Source: Octopus vulgaris (lineage: Eukaryota). From it: DNA of 64,000 nucleotides. The position numbers and the translations under genes are program-made. Shown here one piece after another: positions 1 to 14,343 of this stretch (positions are counted from its first letter, which is position 1; each line of letters opens with the position of its first letter). The notes beneath the pieces were generated by a model that was not told the DNA's origin, did no database searches, and worked only from the letters and a program-made list of their open reading frames with translations. Location of the stretch: assembly GCA_951406725.2 (NCBI GenBank), contig OX597834.1:21328001-21392000 (forward strand), written 5' to 3'.

Positions 1-264
1 ATTTCCATTGCGAAAAAATAACAAAAACAAAAATTTCAATATTTAAAAAAAAATTCTTTTAAAAACTAAAAAAAATTAAAGATGAAAAGTAAATAATAAG
101 ATGTACATTTAAATTTTAAAAAAAAAAGGTAAGATTGAAGATAAGATTGAGAGATTTTTTGAAAATGATTACATAGATTTTTAAAGATTATACGAAAAAC
201 CTCGATCCTTTAGGATTCAAAACCAAATTAATTTAACATATACATATATATGTGTGTGTATATA

Positions 265-338
<74 letters not shown>

Positions 339-711
339 ATATGCATATACATATAATGAATATGAATGTATTATATATTATCTATTTTGTTAGTTTTATG
401 TGATATAACATAAAAGGGATCTTGCCGATATCCCTACAAACCCACATGCACCCACCAAACCTTGCCTCACCACCACCACCACTCCCAAATAATATTTATC
501 TGATTCTTGTAATAAATGTGAAGAATGGTCCCCAAAGGTTAAGGAGATTGGTAGAGAGATTATTTTTATATTCTTGGTGACATCCCTAACCAGGGAATTA
601 AAAAGGAATATGAAATATGATAGGAGGTTGTTTTTTTGGGTTTGGAGAATGTGTATAGGAATGGAGATGTGAGGGATTGAATGAGTAAGGTAGGGTGTAT
701 ATGTATATGTA

Positions 712-743
<32 letters not shown>

Positions 744-1014
744 TTGTGTATCTGGATAGATGTATATGTATATATTTATATGTGTGCGTTTCTCTGTGTG
801 TGTGTGTGCATGCATGTACATATGTGTGTGTGAATCTATATAGGTACATATATGTATATATATATATCTGTGTGTGTGTATGAATGTGTATGCATATTTG
901 TATGTGTGTGGATTTAAGTATGTATGTCTATATATATATGTATGTGTGTGTATGCATGTATGTATGTATGTATGTATGTAGAACATAGATAACTGTTATT
1001 TATTCCAATAAAGT

Positions 1015-1112
1015 GTTCGCTGATGGCCTGTTGTGCTTGAGTTATCTAAATGTTCTTGGAATGCTTATTGCAGGGATCCAAACAACCATAATGGTGAAAC
1101 ATGTGTAGGAAC
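1015..1112 (+). ncRNA. Degenerate type I hammerhead-ribozyme-like motif with long stem II insert (Penelope-like element end)
   Basis: gttcg-CTGATGG-[cctgttgt...ataatggt]-GAAAC-atgt-GTA-ggaac. Stem I is gttc/gaac and stem III is the palindrome acatgt. A related copy lies at 58343-58440. Confidence 0.5.
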
Positions 1113-1142
1113 TATAAGATAAAGTTGAGTCTATCCTTATTT

Positions 1143-1174
<32 letters not shown>

Positions 1175-2004
1175 GATAGATAGACATTGACTGGCTATGA
1201 AGGTCCAGTAGAACAAAATAGCAATGAGAGGGGTCCCTAGGCAAAACAAAAAAGCCCAGGGACCACTGCTCTGCATTGTTGCTCAATCTGTCAGAAATAG
1301 CAGCTAAATTACCCTTAAATCTCACCCAACAGGGGAAGGTTCATTCAGCAATGTATTCCTACATACCTTGTATTTAAAATGCGAGATGATCACAGCAGCT
1401 AAAATGCTCTTTGATAATGATTTTTGCTTAATGAGGGTTCACCTGGAAAGTAGATTGGGGGGAGGGAGAGGGTGGTTTAACAACAGTAATAGCAATGAAT
1501 AGTAAACCTAGCCACCCAGCCACCCAACCAGATGTGTGGCCATGATTATTATAACAGAATTTTTTTTCTAACAATCATTGAAAACACATGACTTGGTGCT
1601 TAATTGATGGAATCATACCCATTGCTTTCATAATAGGAAACCATCACCCGACAACCATCACGACAACCACCAGCACCAACATCATCGTCACCACCACCAT
1701 CACAACCTTGTGAGAAAATTTGGTGCTTAGAGACATATTTAGAAGGCCATTGTATGTATGTTAGCATGGAATGTGTGTATGTCTGTTTATATATCCTGTC
1801 TATGATTTGGCACTTTGCTAAAAACAGAAACCAATAGAACTTGGTCATTTGCTCTCTTTCTCTCTCCCTCTCTCTCTCTCTCTCCATATATATGAAAGAC
1901 CACAAATTGTAAATTCTAAACCTGATTGGTGTTCTTCTTTTGTACCTACGTCACACCTGGAGCCAACCCTGAGTCATATCCATGGTTATTTGAGATTTGG
2001 GACT

Positions 2005-2038
<34 letters not shown>

Positions 2039-2311
2039 TATATAAATTAAAGTAGAGATAAAACCACTATTAGGCAAATCAAACAATGAAAAACATAAAC
2101 CAAAACATAAAAATAAAAATAATTAATATAATATACAAATTTTTAAAAATATAAAATATAAAATTTAAAATATATATTTATATACATAGATGTAAGTATG
2201 TATGTATATATATGTATATACACACATAACATCATCATCATCGTCATCGTTTAACATCTGCTTATACACACACACATGCATCTCTATATATATGTAGGTA
2301 TTTATATAGAC

Positions 2312-2466
2312 TTATAAGCCTTCACTATATATTGACAGTTGAAAACAGTCTAATATTAGTGCATATTATCCCCCATGATGGAATACCCATTTTTTTCAGT
2401 TAAGGGGGCTTATATGCCCTAATATTACACTATGTTCTGTATTCAAAATACAGTGAAGGCTTATAA
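2312..2466. mobile_element. Fold-back (palindromic) MITE-like element
   Basis: Nested inverted repeats: ttataagccttcactatat/atacagtgaaggcttataa, taatattagtgcatat/atatgccctaatatta, ccccc/ggggg. Confidence 0.55.
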
Positions 2467-2727
2467 TCCTATTTACAAAATTTCAATCAATTTCCTAATT
2501 CATGCAGAATTCACACGTGTTTATATAGATAAATATATATAGTCATGCATATGTATAGACACCACGTACACAAAGTGCACAAATACATAAAACCAGAAAT
2601 CAGAAACAATATGACTAATTAAGAAATTACAATTACAGTCCATTAATGGAATTGTAGAAATATGTAAAATATTCCAGTCATTTTGTCAGGGGGCAATGTA
2701 CCCCCATACACAACATGTAGATATGCA

Positions 2728-2780
<53 letters not shown>

Positions 2781-2800
2781 GTAAGTATGTATGTATACCC

Positions 2801-2855
<55 letters not shown>

Positions 2856-4607
2856 ATGGACATATAATTGTATCTGTGTGTACTTATATTTGTCAAAATA
2901 TACAGGTTCACATAATCAATGATATTTTGGCATGCAAGCATGCATGAGGATATATTTACTCACATGGGTGCAGGTACACACAATCACAAACACTGAATGC
3001 ACACATACATATATATGCATGCTTACACACACACACACACATATATATATTTTTTGTGTACATATGTCAATATATCATTACAAGTAATCATTATTATTAA
3101 ATAATAAAAAAATAATACATAAACCCACCCCCACCCCCAATACCTGCACGATCAGTGTCCCAAATCCACTTCCACCTCCACCATTCTTCTATGAAGCAAT
3201 GAAATATTGCTCCTTCCCCTTCTCTCTCTCCCTGCTCCCAAACAAATGAGAACTCTCCACCCCTTCCCTCCAACCCCCCTACATGAAAACATACTGACAC
3301 ATTTATCAGTTACCAATTATTTCATCTCTTTGATCTGGGGGTCCAGAGAGTCCGATTGGTTGGCTGGCTGGCTGGAGATTTGAACAGTTGGACAAATATT
3401 TCGTTTTCTCTGAGTCAGGAATTGGTTAAACAAATAAATAAACAAATAAATAAATAAATGTTTGCCCACTCCAACTCCTTCCTATACACTCCTCTTTCAC
3501 AGCAGGTGGGGTGGGATAGGGTGGCGTTGGGGTAAGGGCTTCGGAATTTCCGTACCCCAGGTGACCCACCCCGCTGCCACAGGGGGAAAGGGGTGGGGGC
3601 GTTTTCATCCTAGCATTGGAGGTGAGGAGGTGGCGGCATGTGGAGAAGGGACTTGTCTTTAATGATTCTTGGAAGGGTAAATAAATAAATAAATATAAAT
3701 TGATAAATAAATAAATAAATAAAAGAAAATGTTATGAAATAACAAAAATAAGAAAATAAAACGAATTGATAACCAGGTGACCCTACTAAGTCATCTCTGT
3801 CACCACCACCACCACCACTACTACTACTACTATTACCACAGTGCATTCATAGACACACTGACACACACACGCACACACTTATTTATACACACATGTATAT
3901 GTATACACAAATCATCATATATACATTCATATATGTACTTTCAAACACACACACATAATTATCTATGTGCATCTAAGCACACACATTCAAACTCTCATGT
4001 GTGCGCACACACAAACACACACATGTATGCACATATATTTACATATATATATACACACTTATACAAGCATGAATATTCTCACGCATGCACACACATACAC
4101 ACAGAGAGACACTCACACATGCATGCACACATTTATGTCCAAACACACATACATGCACTCACACACACTCATGCAAACACATAGAAAGACATATCAACAA
4201 TATGTACACACATACACACACTTACACACACACACACACACACACAATTGCTTATCTCTTCTCTAATAGAAATTCTGGCTGATAAATTGATTCTCATTCA
4301 TGAAGAGAGGATTTGTTTTTGCTTTTGTTGTTGTTGGTACTTAGTCCCCTAGGTGACCCTAATCCTGAGACCCATAATCAAAGACATTCCAGCCACAAAC
4401 TATTCTGTCAATTTTTTATCAGGCAGAGTATACCAAGGATTACATTAATCAATGTGACCTTCGTCCTATCTTTTTTTATAAGTCAATAGGGTGATTTGTA
4501 GGTGATTTAGCTACTATTTCTCAGCACTCAACTGTCATACATTATCAAAACAAGCACACACATGCACACACACTCATGGACATGTGCGCACACACATACA
4601 TATCCAT

Positions 4608-4765
4608 AGGTGCAGGTGTGGCTGTATGGTAAGAAGTTTGCTTTCCTGCCACAGTGTTTTGGGTTCAGTCCCACTGTGTGTCGCCTATCCTTGGGCCGAC
4701 GAAAGCCTTGTGAATGGAAATGATCGACAGAAACTGAGAAATTGAAAGAGTCCCATTACACTTGT

Positions 4766-4803
<38 letters not shown>

Positions 4804-5030
4804 ATGTGTGTGTGTGTGTGTGTGTGTACGTGTGTGTGTACTACTATCACTACTTGTTAGTTTATTTACATCCCTGTAACTGAGCAGTTCCATAATAGAG
4901 CCTGATAGAATAAGTAGCAACCTTTGCAAAAAAATAAGTGCTGGGGTCAGTTGATTTGACTACTAATTCTTCAGGGTGGTGCCCCAGCATGGCTGCTGTC
5001 TAATGACTGAAACAAGTAAAAGATAAAAGA
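4608..5030 (+). mobile_element. SINE family A (tRNA-like head, CORE-like box, internal microsatellite), diverged copy
   Basis: ggtgcaggtgtggctgtatggtaagaag...gggttcagtcccactg...ccagcatggc...aatgactgaaacaagtaaaag. Many homologous copies occur in the window. Confidence 0.8.
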
Positions 5031-5132
5031 TATGTATATATATATATATATATATATATGGAAGTCAGAATGCCATGTTAGATCGTTAGCTCCTTCATGC
5101 ATTTTTTTTCTCTCCTTGTTTTTTTCTGTGTA

Positions 5133-5170
5133 TCTTTCTGTCGAAGAGCGTAGACTCGAAACGTAAAAGA
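5133..5170 (+). ncRNA. Minimal hammerhead-like motif at a Penelope-like element end (non-canonical core)
   Basis: tcttt-CTGTCGA-a-gag(cgtaga)ctc-GAAAC-GTA-aaaga. Stem I is tcttt/aaaga and stem II is gag/ctc. Core A6 is replaced by U. Confidence 0.45.
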
Positions 5171-5263
5171 CTTGTTCTATTTCTATTCCTGAGCGCCATA
5201 CTAATACATTTGTTTGTTTGTACTGCACCTGCCTTCGTCTTTTGTTTATTTTTGTAAACCTTC

Positions 5264-5309
<46 letters not shown>

Positions 5310-6489
5310 TACATCAACATCAGAAAATCAAATGGAAATTGTAGTTGTGATACCTGTGCCGGTGGCACGTAAAAAGCACCATCCAAACGTGGCCGATGCC
5401 AGCACTGCCTTGACTGGCTTCCGTGCTGGTGGCATGTAAAAAGCCCCCCCACACACACACATGCACGTGCACATACACAACAGGGTTTTCTCTCTCTCTC
5501 TTTCTCTGTATGTGTGTGTGTGTCTCCTTGTATTTGTCATAAGCTAGCTTCATCATCATACAAGAGATGTTCACTGCCAGTCTTCCTCGAAAAACATGTC
5601 TGGCCATAAGAACATATTACCTTATTTGGAAACAGGTCAGGGTTGGCTGCAGGATCAGCATCCAGCTATAGAAAATCTGCCTCAACAAAATCCATCTGAC
5701 CCATGCAAGCATAGAAAAATGGATGGTAAAACAATGGCAACAATAATCATTATAATGATGATGATGATGATGATGACATCTACCCCTGTATAATCACTTT
5801 GGAAGTTCCACAGCCAAAGAAATTCTCTTTGGCAAATATTCTATTCCATCCCACTAAATTATAATGTCTGTGACTAAGAGAATGGAATTCGAGTCCCAGG
5901 ATTCTGATCATCGAGAATATTTTTCTTGGAATATTATATTACATTCAGCATTATCCTCGTCACCGCTATTATTATTATCATCATCGTTGGTCCATTCACA
6001 TTGATATCGGTATCAATGTGTCCATTGGGAAACCCGTAGGTCACAGCTGTCAGATGCCTGTTACTACAGAAGCACGTCTTGGTCAGTCAGAAAACAAAGA
6101 ATTTTCTCTGACCAGTGACTCAGAGGAATGTATTGAATGTGTCCTTGGTCAAGTTTTTCGTCTTCGTTATAATGTCTCAATTATTGAGTCACTATTTAGA
6201 GTTTTAATGTCATTTACAGTTTTGCTTCATTTCACAATCATTTAACGAACCACTGAGAGACAGAGACAGGGACAGGGCCTTTTATGTGGTCACTAAACTT
6301 GCTAGAAATTACAGCCATATCGTTCTTGTTTGTCCAAATCACACTTTAAATATTTCCTTCAAATCTATAGTAATAAAAGTGAAATTCTGTCTGTCTGTCC
6401 AGAACCTCTGTATCTCAGTTCACATTTGTTCTACATGGACATATTCTTTTCTTCTATATACACAAGGTCAGCAATTTTAGGGGAGGGTG

Positions 6490-6646
6490 ACAGTCGATAT
6501 TATCAACCCCCAATACGTGACCCTGAAAGGATGAAGGACAAAGTTGAATTTGGTGAAAGATGATCAGAGAGTGTAAAAGCTGGAAAAAAATGCTGTTAAA
6601 CATTTCATCCTAAGCAATGACATTTCTGCCAGCTCACCAGCTAAAT

Positions 6647-6714
<68 letters not shown>

Positions 6715-7210
6715 CAACAACAACATCAACAATCTTTTCTACTCTAGGCACAAGGCCTTGAAAATTTTGGAGCAAAGGGAGCTAGTCAATTACCTCGACC
6801 CCAGTGCATAACTGGTACTTATTTCATTGCCCCCAAAAGAATGAAAGGCAAAGTCGACCTTGTTGGAATTTGAACTTAGAACGTAGCGGCAGACGAAATA
6901 CCGCTAAGCATTTCGCCTGGCATGCTAACGATTCTGCCAGCACGTCACCTTAATTGTAATATTGATAATAATAATTAATAATAAGAAGAAGAACAACAGC
7001 AACAACAAGAATTTTTTCTATTATAGGCACAAGGCCTGAAATTTATCAAGACGGAGCTTGTTGATTACATCAACTCCAGTGTATAACAGGTACCTATTTT
7101 ATCAACCCCAGAAAGAGGGAAGACAAATTTGACCTTGGCAGAATTTGATGGACAAAATGCTGCTTAGCACTTTTCCTAGTCTGCTAACAATTCTGCCAGC
7201 TCACTGCCTT
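6490..7210 (-). mobile_element. Three tandem SINE family B copies separated by (TAA)n/(CAA)n
   Basis: Repeated ...gatgaaaggcaaagtcgacct...gaatttgaact...gctaacgattctgccagc motif at ~6490-6640, 6735-6950 and 7015-7210. Confidence 0.8.
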
Positions 7211-7251
7211 ACTGATATCAAGAATGATAATAGTTTTAATTTTATATATAA

Positions 7252-7648
7252 CTAGCAGTATCGCCCGGCGTTGCTCGGGTTTGTAAGGGAAATAACTATA
7301 TAAGCATTTTTAGAGTGTTATAGCCAAAAAATAGCAAAAAATGCACTAAAAATGAATAAAAAATTATGGTAAATTTTTTTAAAAATCGTTGACTCATCGT
7401 AGACATTTTTAGAGAGTTACTTCCCTTATATAATAGCGAAAAAAATGCATTAAAATGGAAAAAAATGATGGTAAATTTTTTTTAAATCGTAGACTCATCG
7501 TAGACACGTGCTAATACCCAGAAGGGCTCAATATGAATCACGACTATAAGATACCCGGTTTTGGTTAAACTGCACCGCAAAATGTGGGAGTAGTTAGGAA
7601 TCTAAATCGTAGGAGACAGACACACAACTTCACTTTTATATATAAAGA
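7252..7648 (-). mobile_element. Non-autonomous Helitron
   Basis: Minus strand starts a|TCtttatatataaaag and ends cccgagcaacgccgggcgatactgCTAG|t, with a subterminal hairpin, A|T insertion site and no TSD. Its 3' end matches the copy at 60526-60902. Confidence 0.85.
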
Positions 7649-10600
7649 TTCATCAAATTTTTCCAGCACAGACAGCCATCACTTACATTCAAAAATAAAC
7701 ACACACAAAACAAAACAAAACAAACACACACACATATACCACCACAAGCAACAACAGCAATAACAACAAATCCTAGCCAAAACTGTGAATGGATTTATAA
7801 TTCAATAGATTCTTCTTTAAAAAATTTCATGAATTAATTTTCAATATGTGAGAAAAACATCAAAATAAAAAAAAATCTATTGTGTTATTTTTTTTCCTCA
7901 TTGCTCATTTTTTCCTGCATTTATTGCTGTAAAAATGCTGTAATAGATAGAATCAAGATTATTTGGAGAAAAAACAAATAAAGTTGAATTCTCTCTAAAA
8001 TTAATATATTTTGATGGCAAATAAGTTGCTGGCTTGTTTAGAAAAATCTATTTAAATTGTAGATATTTGGTTGGGGTTTAGATTCATGTGTGAAACCTAG
8101 GGTAAGAGTCTTCTTTTTCATAATCTCAGATTAGTAAATTCCTCAGTGGGATTTAGTACATAGAAACTGTAAGGAAGCCTCTCATGATTGAATGATTAAG
8201 GTTACTTTTGAACCATAAGTGCCCAGGTTCCATTCCACAGCTTGGCATCTTGAGTAAAAGTCATTTCTATAGCACTGGGCTAATCCATGCTGTGTGATTG
8301 AAATTTGGTTAACAGAAACTGTATGGAAGCCTCGTGTGGCTGAATGGTTAAGAAGATCACATCACATCGATGAGATTCCCAGGTCCAATCTGAAATGACC
8401 AGAAGAGGAAGAGGGTGCTAGAGGCATGAGTTACGAGGGAAACAACATTAATGATAGATAAATAGATAGATAGATAGATAGATAGATAGATTCCTTGTTA
8501 TATTACTATGAATGTGCCTATTAAATAGAGTGCTCAATACATAATTTAATATAGAGTTAATTTATATTTTAACATTGGCAACATATTCTTTGCATGAGTG
8601 TTTAACAGTAAACTGAATGGGATGATTCACCCACAAGAGCCATCTTCCAAATTACACACACATACATGCACACACTCACATACTTATATACATATGTCCA
8701 TATATATGCATACACACACACACACATATATATATATATACATACGTTTATATATACATATATACATGTACACATGCACAGATATACATATAAATATGTA
8801 TGTACGTATATTATATATATACGCACACACACATATATGTAGGTTTGGTTTACTCACAGACATTGAGTTTCATGGAACCATCCACTGATTGAAAATATAA
8901 TATTTATGTGTGTATGTATGCTTGTGTGTGTGTGTATGTGTTTGTGCGTGTGTGTGTGTATAAGGTGCTTTATTAGAATAGTTCTGAAAAATTCCAGTTC
9001 CATCATTACTGATTGAATACCAAACAGGTGAGCCATGTTGAATTTAAGCAGCGGAGCAGACAAAACAATGTGCTTTTCAACTTTCCACGCTCCAGTGATT
9101 TCGGTTACAAATCTCTTACATGAAGAGAGACTTGCGGCAAAGGAGAGAACAAGGGGGAGAATTTAGGCATTTATTTCAAAATCCAGAGAAAATAAACCAT
9201 GAAGAAGGCAATGCATATCCAAAAGCACCAACAACAATCTATATAGATTCTCATATTTTCTCAAATTCTTTATGTTATTTTACTATTTACTATTATTTTT
9301 TGTATTTTTTTTTCATAAATTCTTATTTAACAAATATTTTTCTTGTATAATACTTTGGAAGAGTTCGCAGTTGTTGAACGTATTGTGTTATTGTTTTGAT
9401 TGTTTTTTATTGTTGTTGTTGCTTTTGTTGCTCTTGTTGAAGGAGGTCTTGAAACAAATATTAAAAATTTTAGAGATATTACACCAAATTTTCAGCAACA
9501 AATTGTTTGGGTTTCTTTCATCCCACAATCGGTCGATGACTTTTTTAATATTTTTTTCATTTTAGGGTTTTTTATTAAATTAAATTAAATTTTTTTTTAA
9601 ATATATTTTTTTTTGTCCTTACTACAATGGTTATAACATTTTTTCTTATTTAATTCCATTTAACATTTTTACCCTCCTTTTTCTTTCCCCACCTCTTCTC
9701 TCATCCCCTTCACGCTACAACTGACTCCCTAAACCCTCCAAAAGGAAAGCCACTTGTTTATCGAATTGTTTTGTTACTTTAGGGGAAACAAAGCCAACAT
9801 TTTAAGAGGAAGGAAGGGATAGAAGAGGGACAAGAACAAATTCCTGAATTTTAATTCTCTGGAATTCAACTTCATTTTTTTTTTTATATTTAATTTTTCT
9901 GAGCCAAACACAGAAATTTATATTTCATTGGGATTCCAATTTTTGGTCCTTTTTTTCTTTTTTTCCTTTATCCCACCTCCCTTCATTTTATTTTATTTCT
10001 TTTAGCAGGGTCCCATTTTTCAGTTTCTTTTCATCTTTCTAATAAAAAAACAAAACAGAAAAAAAGCAAAACTCTTTTCGCAATATTTGTTGGCCAAGAT
10101 TAACTACAAGGATCTTTGGGTTCGAGATCTCTTTGTTTTAGCACTGATCAAACAAAATCCAGTTTGTGAACTCAGTTCTGACAGAATTCTTGCAATATGT
10201 TATAATTCCAATCCATTTTTCATTCATTTGTTCACTTATTTTTTATTTTATTTATTTATTCATTTTTGTGTCAGTTTTATTTTTTTCAATAATTTATTTA
10301 TTCCATTTTTTTGTTGTTGTTATTATTTGCATTGTAGAAATTCTTTATCTTTTTGTTGTTGTTGTTGTTGTTACTCCACAGCAGTAAAATGGTTTTTACT
10401 TCAATGCTAATAACAAAATTATGAAGCTTCCCCACAATTCCTTCTTTTCCTCATTTGCTTCCTCTCGTTCCCCCCCCTTTTTTCTCAATCTTATCTTTTT
10501 CTTATCTCTCATCCTTCTCTCTCTCTCTTTTTCTCTCATATACACTTAAACTTATACACACTCACCCAAAAATTTATGTATACACACACACATGCATAAA

Positions 10601-10701
10601 TACATACATAAATATACAAACATACGCACGCACACATATACATGTATATATATGTGTGTGTGTGTGTGCATATATACACTCATATATATATATATATATA
10701 T

Positions 10702-10712
10702 AGATAGATAAG

Positions 10713-10751
<39 letters not shown>

Positions 10752-10761
10752 ATAGATAGAC

Positions 10762-10818
<57 letters not shown>

Positions 10819-10824
10819 TATAAG

Positions 10825-10914
<90 letters not shown>
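10702..10914. repeat. (GATA)n microsatellite
   Basis: Long near-perfect tagatagata array; it is the source of the YLSI ORFs. Confidence 0.95.
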
Positions 10915-11231
10915 CACATACACCTGCACACACACACACACACACTCACACACACAAACATGCACACGCATACACACACCCCTCTGAAAATAAAGTAAAA
11001 TAAAATAAAATCCATTAAAACCCTGCAAACAATTTAAGTCTTTGATCAGTCTATTTTGATTACTAATTTTGCCAAAAGGAAATTCCAGACATCGGACAGA
11101 TTCTACCAAATTCTAATCATTTCATAGTAATATTCTTCATGTTAGATTCTACGTCCTTCTTTTACACATCCTCGATTGGATTCTTTGGAAAGGCTGGGCT
11201 GTTTAAAATGTATACTTTGGTGTATATGTTT

Positions 11232-11272
<41 letters not shown>

Positions 11273-11470
11273 CTTGTGTGTGTAAGGGGTGCTTGTGTGA
11301 CTAAGCGTTTGTATATATTTCTGTGTATATGTATGTGTGTATGTATGTGTGTATGTTGCATGCATATGTACAGATGTATGTGTATATGAAAATATATATG
11401 TGTGTGTATGTATATATATATATATGTATGTATGTACATACACACACATTCACATATATCTATATATTTT

Positions 11471-11504
<34 letters not shown>

Positions 11505-11604
11505 TCAACTCATGTATATATACATAAGTATAGATGCTCTTCACGCACTATATATACAAATGACACTACACACACAGGCGTCTCTCTCTTCTCTCTCTCT
11601 CTCA

Positions 11605-11651
<47 letters not shown>

Positions 11652-11659
11652 ATATATAA

Positions 11660-11705
<46 letters not shown>

Positions 11706-12188
11706 TTATATATATATAAATGAAAAGAAAGACAAGCACATTTCTATATATCCATTTATGTGTATATATGCATATATATATATATATATATATATCAACA
11801 TATATATGCACACACACACACACATATACACAAATATATAGAGAGGAATGTGTGTATTTATATATATATATCTGCATATATATATATGCATGTGTGGGTG
11901 GGTGTATATAGAGGGCGAGAGTGTAGTATATTCATCATCTCTTAGAAACCAAACAACGAGGCATGAAATGAAGAGCATCGATGCCAAGTTTGGTCATTCG
12001 GATGTCTTTGAGTTTAGAGATTCTTGGAGTGGGTGAGTCCACTGGCTCCTGGATGGGGAGAATGAGTTCAATTGAAATGAGATACAACTTCCCCGTAAAC
12101 TAAATTTTGAGATTAAAGGAAGCTTCCTAAGATAATCTGTTTTAGTTATTTTACAGGAAATATGTGTATATGTATGATCACACATATG

Positions 12189-12230
<42 letters not shown>

Positions 12231-12627
12231 TGCATATAGCCACACAAACATGCATGTGTATATATACCTCACCCACTCATTCAAACACATGCTCATATAC
12301 ATAGAAACACATACACACACACATATGTATATATGGGTATCAACATAAACATGTGCATATATATATATACACACACACTTGCTCACATGCATGTATATAT
12401 ATTTTTGAATAAATATATAAGAATACTCATATAAGCATATACACAAACACACACGTACAAACTTTCTTTTATTTGCTTGTTTATTTCAGTCATTAGACTG
12501 TGGCTAAGCTGGGGCACCACCCCGAAGGGTTTAGTTCAATTACATTGATCCCTGCATTTGTTTTAATTCCGTTACTTATTCTGTCAGTTCCTTTTGGCCA
12601 GTCTGCTAAGTTACAGGGATGCAAGTA

Positions 12628-13146
12628 AATTAAGTTAAATTAATTTTTTGGCTCAAAAAAGCAAAAAAGCAAGGCCATGTAGGGGGACATGGAGTTATGT
12701 ACAGGGTGGTGTTCATGCAAAGAGTTCAGGCCATTTGTGGTCAAGGGAGACTTTGAACCGAGCGGTCGTCGGCATCTTCACTATCTCGTCTGGCAGCTTA
12801 TTCCATGGATCCACAACCCGGACGGAGAAAGCCCCTCTCCTTCAATTGAGATGAAATCGTCGCGGATAGAGCTTTTCGGAGTGACCCTGCAGCCGACATT
12901 CTGGAGCAGGAGTAAAGAACAGCTCTTTTGAGAGGTTACACTTTCCGCTTATGATGTTGTGAGCAAGAATGAGATCACCACGGCGGTGGCGTTTTTCTAG
13001 AGAATAAAGGTCGAGCGTCTTCAGCCTTTCTTCATAAGACAAAGCTTAGACCAAGAACCATGCGGGTAGCCAGCTTCTGGACTCTTTCGAGATGATGTAT
13101 GTCTTTGAGGAGATAAGGAGAAGAGGCTTGAATCCCGTACTCCATC
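12628..13146 (-). mobile_element. 5'-truncated CR1/L2-clade LINE 3' end (ORF2 C-terminal relic)
   Basis: Minus-strand translation EYGIQASSPYLLKDIHHLERVQKLATRMV..., then YEERLKTLDLYSLEKRHRRGDLI...RLQGHSEKL...AFSVRVVDPWNKLP, with a frameshift and a stop. Ends in a (ttaac)-type tail. Confidence 0.88.
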
Positions 13147-13797
13147 TGTTGTCAAACAGTTGGTGGAAGAGACAAGAAAAAAGATACAGACACACATGCA
13201 TACATGTGCGAACACACACACATGCAGTAAAGCAAAGTAGTAAGATCCCTAGCTTCAGTGATGTGTCTGGAAGAAACCCAACACATACATGTACAGATAT
13301 GGATATACAGGTGCGGGTATGGGTGTGTGGTAAAAAGCTTGCTTCCCAACCACATGGTTCCTGGATCAGTCTCACTGCATGGCATCTTGGGCAAGTGTCT
13401 TCTACTATAACCTCAGGCCGATTTAAAGCGGTGCTCCAGCATGGGTGCAGTCAAATGACTGAAACAAGTAAAAGAATAAAAGAATCTTATGAATACTTGT
13501 TATTATCATTTGACCGTGGCCATGTTTGGGCACCCTGCTTCAGGTGTTTAATCAAAGAAACTAACCTGACGATTTATTGTCTTTAAGTCTGGTCCCCTTT
13601 CGTTCAGTTGATCCCTCTTATCAAACTATAATGTTAAGTGGATGTAAATAAACAAAAACATGAGTTGGAAAGCTGTAATGAGGGCAAGCACAAGACATGC
13701 ACTCATACAAACATGCATGCGTATGTGTGTGTGTATGTGTGTGTGTGTAAGAAATTAAAATGACAAGGGAATAAGAAATTATGTTGTGAACTTCATT

Positions 13798-13867
13798 AGC
13801 TTACAGCTGTTTCTGCTACAAGGTGCAGTGCACTCATAGTTGAATGCTTGTGTATCACTTCAGAGCT
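13798..13867 (-). ncRNA. Degenerate type I hammerhead-like motif
   Basis: Minus strand reads agct-CTGAAG-t-[gatacacaag...cttgtagca]-GAAAC-agct-GTA-agct. Stem I is agct/agct and stem III is the palindrome acagctgt. Confidence 0.5.
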
Positions 13868-14034
13868 TCAATGGTACTTAAAAATACATAGATGCTTTCC
13901 CAAGGGTGACACACAAGTGCTATGTCATGCTTTGAATAAAAAAAAAAAAATCCATAAATGTAGTCCAATCGATGTGTTGGTTAACCTGTGTTTCTCTCCA
14001 TTTTCTAATTATTTGCAACTATATATGCATATGT

Positions 14035-14343
14035 GGAGGCGCAATGGCCCAGTGGTTAGGGCAGAGGACTCGCGGTCGTAGGATCGTGGTTTTGATTCCC
14101 AGACCAGGCGTTGTGAGTGTTTATTGAGTGAAAACACCTATAGCCCCACAAGGCTCTGGCAGGGGATGGTGGCAATCCCTGCTGTACTCTTTCGCCACAA
14201 TTTTCTCTCACTTTTTCTTCTGTTGGCCTGCTCGCTTAGCCAGTGGGGTGGCATCACTTGAAGGCTAAAACAATGCGAAGCGCATTGTGACCAGCGTTGT
14301 GTAGCAACATCTGATAGCCTGGTCGGTCACGTGATCACATGAT
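14035..14343 (+). mobile_element. tRNA-derived SINE family C
   Basis: A box tggcccagtggttag and degenerate B box ggttttgattccc. Shares its head with 49206-49501. 3' end ggtcacgtgatcacatgat. Confidence 0.8.

Noticed and set aside
6028-6070. aacccgtagg resembling the 5' end of miR-100
   Set aside because: Only 9 nt match, the rest diverges, and only a ~10-bp interrupted stem forms, so it is not a pre-miRNA.
14035-14110. tRNA gene (also 49209-49280 and other SINE heads)
   Set aside because: A and B boxes are present but there is no acceptor stem or full cloverleaf, and the sequence continues into a SINE body.
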